DNA from: Ranitomeya imitator
Taxonomy: Eukaryota
Length of the DNA: 64,000 nt
Direction of reading: 5' to 3'
Assembly (NCBI RefSeq): GCF_032444005.1
Contig: NC_091283.1
Coordinates: 35,712,001-35,776,000, forward strand
Shown: positions 26,113 through 39,359 of the stretch, piece after piece
Numbering within the stretch: the stretch's first letter is position 1
Layout: the number at the start of each line of letters is the position of its first letter
The notes under the pieces: generated by a model
Seen by the model: the letters and a program-made list of their open reading frames with translations, nothing else
Told to the model about the DNA's origin: nothing
Database searches by the model: none
Made by a program: the position numbers and the translations under genes

Positions 26113-29100
26113 TGTTATGATCTTGTGGCCTTGGAGCAGCATGAGACGTACTCTGGAGAAGGTGGTCCCTGTACTGACCGCAAACCCTGAACCTAGCAGC
26201 GCAACTAAAAATAGCCGTGGGGGGTACCTAACGCTCCCTAGACCCCTCGACACAGCCTAAGATCTAACTACCCCTAAGGACAGAAACAGGAAACCTATCT
26301 TGCCTCAGAGAAAATCCCCAAAGGATAGATAGCCCCCCACAAATATTGGCGGTGAGAGGAGAGGGAAATAACATACGTAGATGTGAAATCAGATTTTAGC
26401 ATAGGAGGCCATACTAGCTAAAAAGAAAGAATAGAACAGAGTACTATGCGGTCAGTATAAAAACACTAGAAAATATCCACCGCAGAAAATACGGATCACC
26501 ACATCTGACTAAAGACATGGGGGTATATCTGCATCTCCAGAGAAATAGCTAGGCTGCAAAAAATCCTTCACAGACCAAGCTGGACAAGACAAAAACAAGA
26601 AAATGCACAGAACTATAAGGTCCACTGCAGGTGGACAGCAAAAACAAAGCCAGGACTTATCTTTGTAGAAAAACAGCAAACTGGAGAGACCAGCAGGGAA
26701 GTGAATCTTTCAAGAACAATGGACAACTGGCACTGACTAAAGGATCCAGCAAAGCTATATACCCCAGTCAGTTTTGCAATTAGTAGATACACCTGTCCAC
26801 TCCTGCAGTCCAGGCACAACTGCATTACCCTCTACAACCACCGGAGGGAGCCCAAAAGCTGAATTCACAACAGTACCCCCCCCCCCCTTGAGGAGGGGTC
26901 ACCGAACCCTCACCAGAGCCCCCAGGCCGATCAGGATGAGCCTGATGAAAGGCACGAACCAAATCAACGGCATGGACATCAGAGGCAGAAACCCAAGAAT
27001 TATCCTCCTGGCCATAACCCTTCCACTTGACAAGGTACTGAAGCTTCCGCCTCGAAAAATGGGAATCCAAAATCTTCTCAACAACATATTCCAACTCCCC
27101 ATCGACCAATACAGGGGCCGGAGGATCAACAGAGGGAACAACGGGCTCCACATATTTCCGCAACAAAGATCTATGGAAGACATTATGAATAGCAAAAGAG
27201 GCCGGAAGCGCCAGGCGAAAGGACACCGGATTAATAATCTCAGAAATCCTATAAGGACCAATAAATCGAGGCTTAAACTTAGGGGAAGAAACCTTCATAG
27301 GAACATGACGGGAAGATAATCAAACCAGATCACCAACCCGAAGACGGGAACCAACACACCGACGACGGTTAGCAAAACGCTGAGCCTCCTCCTGAGACAG
27401 CACCAAATTGTCCACCACACAAGCCCAAATCTGCTGCAACCTGTCGACCACAGAATCCACACCAGGAAGGTCAGAAGGCTCAACCTGCCCAGAAGAAAAA
27501 CGAAGATGAAACCCAAAATTAAAAAAAAAGGCAAAACCAAAGTAGCCGAACTAGCCCGATTATTAAGGGCAAACTCAGCCAATGGCAAAAAAGCCACCCA
27601 ATCATCCTGATCAGCAGACACAAAGCATCTCAAATAGGTCTCCAAGGTCTGATTAGTTCGCTCAGTCTGGCCATTTGTCTGAGGATGAAATGCAGAGGAA
27701 AAAGACATATCAATGCCCAGCCTAGCACAAAAGGCCCGCCAAAACCTGGAAACAAACTGGGAACCTCTGTCGGACACAATATTCTCCAGAATACCATGCA
27801 AACGGACCACATGCTGAAAAAACAACGGAACCAAATCAGAAGAAGAAGGCAATTTAGGCAAAGGCACCAAATGAACCATCTTAGAAAATCGGTCACAGAC
27901 AACCCAGATAACCGACATTCTTTGGGAAACAGGAAGATCGGAAATAAAATCCATAGAAATATGCGTCGAAGGTCTCTCAGGGACCGGCAATGGCAAAAGC
28001 AACCCACTAGCGCGGGAACAGCAAGGCTTAGCCCGCGCACAAATCCCACAGGACTGCACAAAAGAACGCACATCCTGTGACAAAGAAGGCCACCAAAAGG
28101 ACCTACCAACCAAATCTCTGGTACCAAACATCCCAGGATGGCCAGCTAACACAGAACAATGAACCTCAGAAATCACTTTACTAGTCCATCTATCAGGAAC
28201 AGTTTCCCCACAGGACAACGGTCAGGCTTATCAGCCTGAAATTCCTGAAGAACCCGTCGCAAATCAGGGGAGATGGCAGAAAGAATCACCCCTTCCTTCA
28301 AAATGCCGACCGGCTCAAGAACCCCAGGGGAATCAGGAAAAAACTCCTAGAGAGGGCACCCGCCTTAACATTTTTAGTACCAGGAATGTACGAGACCACA
28401 AAATCAAAACGGGAGAAAAACAGGGACCATCGAGCCTGTCTAGGATTCAGCCGTTTGGCAGACTCGAGGTAAATCAGATTCTTATGATCGGTCAGGACCA
28501 CAATACGGTGCTTGGCCCCCTCAAGCCAATGTCGCCACTCCTCAAATGCCCACTTCATAGCCAACAACTCCCGATTGCCGACATCATAATTGCGTTCCGC
28601 AGGCGAAAACTTCCGAGAAAAGAAGGCACACGGTTTCATCAAGGAACCATCAGAATTTCTCTGAGACAAAACAGCCCCTGCCCGAATCTCAGACGCGTCA
28701 ACCTCAACCTGAAATGGAAGAGAAACATCTGGCTGACGCAACACAGGGGCAGAAGTAAATCGGCGTTTAAGCTCCTGAAAGGCAGAAACAGCCGCAGAGG
28801 ACCAATTCGTCACATCAGCGCCTTTCTTGGTCAAATCGGTTAAAGGTTTAACCACACTGGAGAAGTTGGCAATGAAACGACGATAAAAATTAGCAAAGCC
28901 CAAGAATTTCTGAAGGCTCTTCACAGATGTGGGCTGAATCCAATCATGAATGGCCTGAAGCTTAACCGGATCAATTTCTATAGATGAGGGAGAAAAAATG
29001 AAACCCAAAAAAGAAACCTTCTGCACTCCAAAGAGGCACTTTGATCCCTTCACAAACAAAGCATTATTACGGAGGATCTGAAATACCATCCTGACCTGTT

Positions 29101-31802
29101 TCACATGAGACTCCCAATCATTGGAAAAAATCAAAATATCATCCAAATATACAACCATGAATTTATCAAGATAACTCCGAAAGATATCATGCATGAAGGA
29201 TTGGAACACAGATGGGGCATTAGAGAATCCGAATGGCATCACAAGGTATTCAAAATGGCCTTCGGGCGTATTAAATGCAGTTTTCCATTCGTCACCCTGC
29301 TTGATACGAATAAGATTATATGCCCCTCGAAGGTCAATCTTAGTAAACCAGCTAGACACCTTAATCCTAGCAAACAAATCAGTAAGCAAAAGCAAGGGGT
29401 ATTGATCTTATTCAAGAGGCGATAATCAATACAGGGTCTCAAGGAGCCATCCTTCTTGGCAACAAAAAAGAACCCAGCTCCCAACGGTGAAGAAGATGGC
29501 CGAATATGCCCTTTCTCCAAAGACTCCTTAATTTAGCTCCGCATGGTGGTATGTTTAGGCACAGACAGGTTGAAAAGTCGGCCCTTAGGGAACTTACAAC
29601 CTGGAATCAAATCAATAGCACAATCACAGTCCCTATGCGGTGGAAGGGAACTGGATTTGGGCTCATCGAATACATCCTGGAAGTCAGACAAAAACTCAGG
29701 AACTTCAGAAGAGGGGTGAGAGGAGATTGACATCAAAGGAACCTGATCATGAACCCCCTGACAACCCCAACTAGTCACAGACATGGATTTCCAATCTAAC
29801 ACCGGATTATGTAGCTGCAACCATGGAAAACCCAGCACAATATCATGCAAATTATGCAACACCAGAAAACGACAATCTTCCTGATGGGCTGGCGCCATGC
29901 GCATGGTCAGCTGTGTCCAAAACTGAGGTTTATTTTTGCCAACGGTGTAGCATCAATGCCCCTCAAAGGAATAGGGTTCTGCAAAGGCTGCAAGGGAAAA
30001 CCACAACGTCTGGCAAATTCTAAGTCCATTAAGTTCAGAGCGGCGCCTGAATCCACAAATGCCATGACAGAAAATGATGATAATGAGCAGATCAAGGTCA
30101 CAGATAACAGAAATTTAGGTTATATAGTACTGATGGCAACAGAACTAGCGATCCTCTTAGTACGCTTAGGGCAATCAGAAATAACATGAGCAGAATCGCC
30201 GCAGTAAAAACACAACCTATTCTGACGCCTGAATGTTTGACGTTCAGCTCTAGACAAAATCCTATCACACTGCATAGGCTCAGGGCTCCGCTCAGAGGAC
30301 AACGCCATAGATTGCACAACTCTGCGCTCGCGCAAGCGCCGATCAATCTGAATGGCCAGAGACATAGAATCACTCAGACCAGCAGGCGTGGGGAACCCCA
30401 CCATAACATCTTTAACGGATTCAGAAAGACCCTTTCTGAAAATTGCCGCCAAGGCATTCTCATTCCATTTAGTCAGTACAGACCATTTTCTAAATTTCTG
30501 GCAATACAATTCTGCCGCTTCTTGACCTTGACACAGGACTAACAAGATTTTCTCAGCCTGATCCACAGAATTAGGCTCATCATACAACAACCCCAATGCC
30601 TGAAAGAACGAATCAACATTAAGCAAAGCAGGATTGCCAGATTCCAGGGAAAATGCCCAATCCTGTGGGTCACCACGCAGCAGAGATATGATGTTTTTAA
30701 CCTGCTGAATAGGATCACCAGAAGACCGGGGTCTTAATGCAAAAAAACAGTTTACAGTTATTTTTGAAACTCAAAAATTTGGATCTGTCTCCAAAGAATA
30801 AATCAGGAGTGGGAATCTTAGGCTCTAAGGCAGGAGTCTGAACAATGAAATCTGAAATACCCTGTACCCTAGCAGCAAGCTGATCCACCCGAGAAACTAA
30901 CTCCTGAACATTCATGTTAATACTAGACTCCGTAGCCACCCAGAGGTAAAGAGGGAGGAACAGACCAAACAGGCTAAGGAAAAAAAAATGGCTCAAAATC
31001 TTTCCACCCTTCTTCTGAGATGCAATTAACTCATTGTTGGCCAATTGTACTGTTATGATCTGGTGGCCTTGGAGCAGCATGAGACGTACTCTGGAGAAGG
31101 TGGTCCCTGTACTGACCGCAAACCCTGAACCTAGCAGCGCAACTAAAAATAGCCGTGGGGGGTACCTAACGCTCCCTAGACCCCTCGACACAGCCTAAGA
31201 TCTAACTACCCCTAAAGACAGAAACAGGAAACCTATCTTGCCTCAGAGAAAATCCCCAAAAGATAGATAGCCCCCCACAAATATTGACGGTGAGAGGAGA
31301 GGGAAATAACATACGTAGATATGAAATCAGATTTTAGCATAGGAGGCCATACTAGCTAAAAAGAAAGAATAGAACAGAGTACTATGCGGTCAGTATAAAA
31401 ACACTAGAAAATATCCACCGCAGAAAATACGGATCACCACATCTGACTAAAGACATGGGGGGTATATCTGCATCTCCAGAGAAATAGCTAGGCTGCAAAA
31501 AATCCTTCACAGACCAAGCTGGACAAGACAAAAACAAGAAAATGCACAGAACTATAAGGTCCACTGCAGGTGGACAGCAAAAACAAAGCCAGAACTTATC
31601 TTTGTAGAAAAACACAGCAAACTGGAGAGACCAGCAGGGAAGTGAATAATGGACAACTGGCACTGACTAAAGGATCCAGCAAAGCTATATACCCCAGTCA
31701 GTTTTGCAATTAGTAGATACACCTGTCCACTCCTGCGGTCCAGGCACAACTGCATTACCCTCTACAACCACCGGAGGGAGCCCAAAAGCTGAATTCACAA
31801 CA
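26113..31802 (-). mobile_element. Full-length Ty3/Gypsy chromovirus (sushi/Tf1-like) LTR retrotransposon, defective
   Basis: LTRs 31051-31802 (5') and 26113-26872 (3'), TG..CA ends, ~99% identical. GGTAAT on both flanks; PPT at ~26876-26890. Gag from ATG 30915 (EPKIPTPDLFFGDRSKF; CFYCGDSAHVISDC), protease VDSGA, RT YLDD, RNase H, integrase (HHCC, D-D-E, GPY), chromodomain YVVEKILDS..YLVKWKGY. Several frameshifts and a TAA in pol near 29530. Confidence 0.97.
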
Positions 31803-32259
31803 GGTAATACAGTGATCACCGGTGACATTACACACAGGAGCTCTGTGTACACTATATAGTGTACAGATAAAAACACTGCCTCACCAGTGACGTCTCTAGT
31901 CCTTCATCTTTGCTTTTCCTCTTCATCCAGCACAGGCAACAATCACTTCTTCCTGCCAGGGCTTGTCTCTGCAGAAAATAACACAGTTATCTAGAGCACC
32001 GCTTGCAGAGCACATTGCCTATTTTTTTCCCAACTTCTACACTACACCTGATGAAGAAAAAAAAAGACAGTGCCGCCCTACGAAATAACAGGACCCCCAC
32101 CCCATTGAAAATGTTATCCTCAAAAATGCATCATAGCAGTAATACAATCCCTTAATTAGCCCCTACAGTAACAATATCCCCCATCCTTCCCCCTTGTGTC
32201 TCATTCCTAGGTCCTTGAGGCTCATTCCTGACCCCAGCCATATGTTCTCCCATCCTGGT

Positions 32260-32985
32260 CCCTTATGTTCTCCCATTCTGCCCCGTATGTCTTTATTCTG
32301 CCCCGTATGTCTTTATTCTGCCCCATATGTTGTCCCATCCTGCCCCATGATCCTGACATCTCTGTCCTGCCCCATGATCTTGACGTCTCCATCCTGCCCC
32401 ATGATCCTGATGTTTCCATACTGCCCCATGATCCTGAAGTCTCCATCCTGCCCCATGATTCTGTCTCCTCCATCCTGCCCCATGATTCCGCCTTTTCAAT
32501 CCTGCCCCATGATTCTGTCTCCATCCTGACACATGATGCTGCCCCCCCATCCTGCCCATGATTCTGCATTCTCCACCCTGCCCAATTATTCTGTCTCCTC
32601 CATTCTTCTCCATGATCCTTCCCCCTCCATCCTGCCCCACGATTCTGCCCCCTCCATCCTGCCCCATGATTCTGTCTTCTCCATCCTGCCCCATGATTCC
32701 GCCTTTTCCATCTAGCCCCATGATTCTGTTTCCTCCATCCTGACACATGACGCTGCCCCCTCCATCCTGCCCCATTATTCTGCATTCTCCATCCTGCCCA
32801 TGATTCTGCCTCCTCCATGCTGCCCCATGATTCTGCCCCTCTATCCTGCCCCCTCCACCCTTCCCCATGATCCTTCCCCCTCCATTCTGCCCCATGATTC
32901 TGCCTCTGCCATCCTGCCACATGATTCTGCTTTCTCCATCCTGCCCCATGATCCTTCACCCTCTATCTTGCCCCATGATCCTGCC
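32260..32985. repeat. Degenerate ~27-bp tandem repeat
   Basis: Core CCATCCTGCCCCATGATTCTG repeated, with C/T-rich strand bias. Confidence 0.85.
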
Positions 32986-33230
32986 CGCCTGTGATTGGCT
33001 GGCGGCTTTTAACTATTGTATTGCGGGCCCGCACGGCAATAGATTTTAACTGAATGTGCATCAGAGGATGGACATTCAGTAACTGAACCATCAGGATCCT
33101 GCCCATGGGGCCCAGTAGCAGATACCTTGAAACAGCCTTTCTGCCAACTGAGATTTTGATTTGGCTTTTATCCTAAGTCATATTGCAAGGCTCATTAAAG
33201 GGTTGATATTGACTTGTAGAATTGCTACTT

Positions 33231-33245
33231 CCAATAGGTGGCGCT
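33231..33245 (+). promoter_or_regulatory. Single CTCF-like site, forward orientation
   Basis: CCAATAGGTGGCGCT vs consensus CCASYAGRKGGCRS (one mismatch). Confidence 0.5.
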
Positions 33246-35084
33246 ATAGTTCAAGTCCTTGTACTCTCTAAAGAGACAATTTGCATATTTAATTTCCCAG
33301 AGGAGCATGCAAGGCAATTAAACCTCATACTGGCATGTCAGACCTGGCATGTCACCGGGCCCCTGCCGGTTCAGTAATTGAATGTGCATCCTCTGACGTA
33401 CGTTCCGTTAAAATCTATTGCTGTGCAGGCCCGCCTATGAAATGGCCACAGTGTGAACGTGCTCTTACACTTTGCGCATATGCAAGCTTATAGTCCAGCT
33501 CACTTTTTTTGGCTTGCTTTTTTTCTCTTTGTGTTTGTGTTTCAGTCTTAGTGTCTATTGTATTTTTGGCAAACTGACATGCCTGAGAAATGACATTCTG
33601 GTAACTCCTTACCTTAATTTTTTTGGGGGTAATACCCCGGGCTTGTGATTTAAATTCTGATTCATTATTGCAATTAAACTGAAGGTATCAAAATTTACCT
33701 TTTGGTATCACAGTCGGCAAATGTGTAGGGTGGAGGCGGATGTAATGCAATAAGCTACTAGCTGCTGTTTTCTTGTGGTTTGTAGCCCACCCTGTTCTAT
33801 CGTGGGTGATCCTCAGATCCAAGAAATCTAGGGAAATTGTGGAAAAATGTCCAAATTATTAAGACTTGACATAAACTCCTGATAAACTTCCATAGAACCA
33901 GTCCCAAAAAATAGCACATCGTCAATGTACCCCCAACATCTGTACACATGAAATTGTAAAGGTATAAAGGGAACAGATTGGTCTCCGCACTCCAACCCAA
34001 AAAGAGGTTACTCCTTATTTACTTCTGTGCAGTTTCTTGTTTTTCTCCCAGTTTTTCTCTATTTGACACATAATTGCCTTTCTTTGGTGCCTGGCATATA
34101 CCTCCCTTTTTCATATTTGACCATCCCCTGGGATAAACAAGTGTTCACCCTCATAACATTTCACGGAACAAAAACCAACGAAAAGAGAATAAAAACGAAA
34201 CTAAGAGGAAAGTTATTTTGGACTTCGTACATAGACCTCTCGTCATCCTTGAACTTCACGGGATTAATTTACACAACAACCAACAGTTTGAAACATTTTT
34301 ATTACTTTTCTTGTATCAAAACTGATGTTTTTTTTAACCTTCGCTACATTTGTATCCATGATCAGTGTCGTTTTCTATATTTCAGCCTAGCTAGACTGTT
34401 TTTGCATATGACCGCATAGTTTAACAGATCTGCTGTCTTCAGAGAGCATTGGCACTTACAGTGTCGGGTGGGGTGACAAGGGCCCACCCAAGGGCACAAT
34501 AATCACAGCCGCCCGAGCCCATGGGGAGGGAGGCCGGAGGGGACACATACTGGAAGGGGCTCCAGATCAGGGACACTATATATAACTAAAGACGCAGGAT
34601 GAGGAACATTATTACAGGAAGGGCAAGGATGGGGACATTATTTCAGACTGGGGCACAGGACGAGGAACATTATTACAGGAAGGAGCCTGAATGGGGGACA
34701 TTATCACATGGGGTGGCGAACACGAATGTCTTTATTGGATCTAGAATGCTACCAAGGCCCATACATCTGTCCAACATGCAGTTGGGGGCCCAGGTCCAAG
34801 TTTTGCACCAGGGCCTATCTGACTCTAGTTACATCCTTGGGTCCACCAGTGACACTGATTATGGGGACCCACTTTTTGGAAGCATGAAAATATTACCTGA
34901 CCCCCGTTCACAATGATGCCATCTATACGCAAAACTTCCCCCTCACACAGTGATACCCCCTTTCTGCCCTGTATGGTGTCCTCCACTTCAGTCGAAAAGG
35001 AACATGATAAAAAAAATCTCACCTAGCCCCATTCCCACAGTGAGCAAAGGTCTCAGTTCTGTACTGCCTCTATACCACAAGGCA

Positions 35085-38000
35085 GCAGACCTGATGTAGT
35101 GACATCATCGTGCCTCCTGCAGAAATGATGTAGTGACATCATCGTGCCTCCTGCAGACCTGTAGTGACATCATTGTGCCTCCTGTAGACCTGTAGTGACA
35201 TCATCGTGCCTCCTGCAGACATGTAGTGACATCATCGTGCCTCCTGCAGAAATGATGTAGTGACATCATCGTGCCTCCTGCAGACCTGTAGTGACATCAT
35301 CGTGCCTCCTGTAGACCTGTAGTGACATCATTGTGCCTCCTGCAGACATGAAGTGACATAATCGTGCCTCCTGCAGAAATGATGTAGTGACATCATGGTG
35401 CCTCCTGCAGACCTGTAGTGACATCATTGTGCCTCCTGTAGACCTGTAGTGACATCATCGTGCCTCCTGCAGACATGTAGTGACATCATCGTGCCTCCTG
35501 CAGAAATGATGTAGTGACATCATCGTGCCTCCTGCAGACCTGTAGTGACATCATCGTGCCTCCTGTAGACCTGTAGTGACATCATCGTGCCTCCTGCAGA
35601 CATGTAGTGACATCATCGTGCCTCCTGCAGAAATGATGTAGTGACATCATCGTGCCTCCTGCAGACCTGTAGTGACATCATCGTGCCTCCTGTAGACCTG
35701 TAGTGACATCATTGTGCCTCCTGCAGACATGTAGTGACATAATCGTGCCTCCTGCAGAAATAATGTAGTGACATAATCGTGCCTCCTGCAGACATGTAGT
35801 GACATCATCGTACCTCCTGCAGAAATGATGTAGTGATATCATCGTGCCTCCTGCAGACATGTAGTGACATTATCGTGCCTCCTGCAGACATGACGTAGTG
35901 ACATCATTGTGCCTCCTGGAGACATGACGTAGTGACATCATCGTGCCTCCTGTAGAAATGATGTAGTGACATCATCGTGCCTCCTGCAGACATGATGTAG
36001 TGATATCATTGTGCCTCCTGGAGACATGACATAGTGGCATCATCGTGCCTCCTGCAGACCTAATGTAGTGACATCGTGCCTCCTGCAGATATGACGTAGT
36101 GACCTCATTGTGCCTCCTGGAGACATGACGTAGTGACATCATCGTGCCTGCTGCAGACATGACGTAGTGACATTGTGCCCCCTGCAGACATGACATAGTG
36201 ACTTTATCGTGCCTCCTGCAGACATGACGTAGTGACATCATCGTGCCTCCTGCAGACATGACGTAGTGACATCATCGTGCCTGCTGCAGACATGACGTAG
36301 TGACATTGTGCCCCCTGCAGACATGACATAGTGACTTTATCGTGCCTCCTGCAGACATGACGTAGTGACATCATCGTGCCTCCTGCAGACATGACGTAGT
36401 GACATCATCGTGCCTCCTGCAGACATGACGTAGTGACAGCATCGTGCCTCCTGCAGACATGATGTAGTGATATCATTGTGCCTCCTGGAGACATGACGTA
36501 GTGACATCATCGTGCCTCTTGCAGACATGACATAGTGACAGCACCGTGCCTCCTGCAGACATGACGTAGTGACATCATCGTGCCTCCTGCAGACATGACA
36601 TAGTGACAGCATCATGCCTCCTGCAGACATGACGTAGTGACATCATCGTGCCTCCTGCAGACATGACATAGTGACAGCATCGTGCCTCCTGCAGACATGA
36701 TGTAGTGATATCATTGTGCCTCCTGGAGACATGACGTAGTGACATCATCGTGCCTCTTGCAGACATGACGTAGTGACAGCATCGTGCCTCCTGCAGACAT
36801 GACGTAGTGACATCATCGTGCCTCCTGCAGACATGACATAGTGACAGCATCATGCCTCCTGCAGACATGACGTAGTGACAGCATCGTGCCTCCTGCAGAC
36901 ATGACGTAGTGAAATCATCGTGCCTCCTGCAGACATGACGTAGTGACAGCATCGTGCCTCCTGCAGACATGATGTAGTGATATCATTGTGCCTCCTGGAG
37001 ACATGACGTAGTGACATCATCGTGCCTCCTGCAGACATGACGTAGTAACATCATCGTGCCTCCTGCAGACATGACGTAGTGAAATCATCGTGCCTCCTGC
37101 AGACATGACGTAGTGACATCATCGTGCCTCCTGCAGACATGACGTAGTGACAGCATCGTGCCTCCTGCAGACATGATGTAGTGACCTCATTGTGCCTCCT
37201 GGAGACATGACGTAGTGACATCATCGTGCCTCTTGCAGACATGACGTAGTGACAGCATCGTGCCTCTTGCAGACATGACGTAGTGACAGCATCGTGCCTC
37301 CTGCAGACATGACGTAGTGACATCATCGTGCCTCCTGCAGACATGATGTAGTGATATCATTGTGCCTCCTGCAGACATGACGTAGTGACAGCATCGTGCC
37401 TTCTGCAGACATGACGTAGTGAAATCATAGTGCCTCCTGCAGACATGACGTAGTGAAATCATCGTGCCTCCTGCAGACATGACGTAGTGACAGCATCATG
37501 CCTCCTGCAGACATGACGTAGTGACATCATCGTGCCTCCTGTAGACATGACGTAGTGACAGCATCGTGCCTCCCGCAGACATGATGTAGTGATATCATTG
37601 TGCCTCCTGGAGACATGACGTAGTGACATCATCGTGCCTCTTGCAGACATGACGTAGTGACAGCATCGTGCCTCTTGCAGACATGACGTAGTGACAGCAT
37701 CGTGCCTCCTGCAGACATGACGTAGTGACATCATCGTGCCTCCTGCAGACATGATGTAGTGATATCATTGTGCCTCCTGCAGACATGACGTAGTGACAGC
37801 ATCGTGCCTTCTGCAGACATGACGTAGTGAAATCATAGTGCCTCCTGCAGACATGACGTAGTGAAATCATCGTGCCTCCTGCAGACATGACGTAGTGACA
37901 GCATCATGCCTCCTGCAGACATGACGTAGTGACATCATCGTGCCTCCTGTAGACATGACGTAGTGACAGCATCGTGCCTCCCGCAGACATGACGTAGTGA

Positions 38001-38576
38001 CATCATCGTGCCTCCTGCAAACATGACGTAGTGACAGCATCATGCCTCTTGCAGACATGACGTAGTGACATCATCGTGCCTCCTGCAAACATGACGTAGT
38101 GACAGCATCATGCCTCTTGCAGACATGACGTAGTGACATCATCGTGCCTCCTGCAGACATGACGTAGTGACATCATCGTGCCTCCTGCAGACATGACGTA
38201 GTGACATCATCGTGCCTCCTGCAGACATGACGTAGTGACATCATCGTGCCTCCTGCAGACATGACGTAGTGACAGCATCATGCCTCTTGCAGACATGACG
38301 TAGTGACATCATCGTGCCTCCTGCAGACATGACGTAGTGACATCATCGTGCCTCCTGCAGATGTGATGTAGTGATATCATTGTGCCTCCTGGAGACATGA
38401 CGTAGTGACATCATCGTGCCTCCTGCAGACATGACGTAGTGACATCATCGTGCCTCCTGCAGACATGACGTATTGACATCATCGTGCCTCCTACAGACAT
38501 GACGTAGTGACATCATCGTGCCTCCTGCAGACATGATGTAGTGACATCATCGTGCCTCCTGCAGATGTGATGTAGT
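35085..38576. repeat. 34/31-bp minisatellite (~3.5 kb, >100 units) with higher-order structure
   Basis: Unit GTAGTGACATCATCGTGCCTCCTGCAGACATGAC. 127-bp tetramers at 35096, 35223, 35350, 35477, 35604; 408-bp duplication in the 3' part. Confidence 0.97.
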
Positions 38577-39359
38577 AACCTTACTCCTTCTTGAGATGGC
38601 TTAATACACCGCTCATTATTACTATGCTGCGCTGTCACTTTATAGAAAGCTTTAATCTATTTCTTTTACGCTCTCCCTGTTGTAAACCATATTTGTGATA
38701 CTCACGCTCTCCCTCTTTTTGGGATCCGCTCTCTTTGTTCTCTGATACCTGTTTTATATTAATTATTGCCTTGTATATCTAATCATGAATAATATATTTT
38801 TATATCTCATTTCGGACTCTATACTCCAGTTTTTGTGTATGCGTCCTTGATAGGAGTGTCCATATACGTATTATTTTATCAGCCTGCTATGAAGGCATAG
38901 GACCTTTTCTATGAATTGGGTGATTATGATCTCTGTTCCGATGACATTGTAAGATATTCATCCTCTATGGGGCTACCAAGGGCTACACTCAGCTTTCTCC
39001 ATGAGCCACATGGTGAATGAACCACGCTGTGGTCGGGTACAAACGAACCCTTCTCCAGATGTGCACCGAACAATCTGTAGTAGTTCAGTGCGCACAGGCT
39101 GCCATTGTGCTCGGCAGCACGGGGACCGCACTGTGTACACATGGCGTTATGCTGCAGAAAAGATCATTTCACCTGACGAGCGAGCGTTTTGCTTTTGCTG
39201 CAGATGATTTACAACCTGTTTAGACTGCAAGATTATCAAAAAGTCGTCCACGATAATCTTGCCGTGTGGATGGACCTTCATTTTCAATTTTTTTTGGTCT
39301 CTTTTGGCGGGTCACACCCCATCCACCCCATTTCTGCAATGTGAACGTGTGTCTAGAAG

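Noticed and set aside
35085-38576. CRISPR-like array (regular ~30-39-bp repeats here and at 1-1925, 49975-51487)
   Set aside because: Units are contiguous with no unique spacers, there are no cas genes, and the DNA is eukaryotic.
38924-39223. ORFs that might be the neighbouring MHC gene C6orf136
   Set aside because: No convincing similarity in any frame; the plus strand weakly resembles a decayed Tc1 N-terminus.
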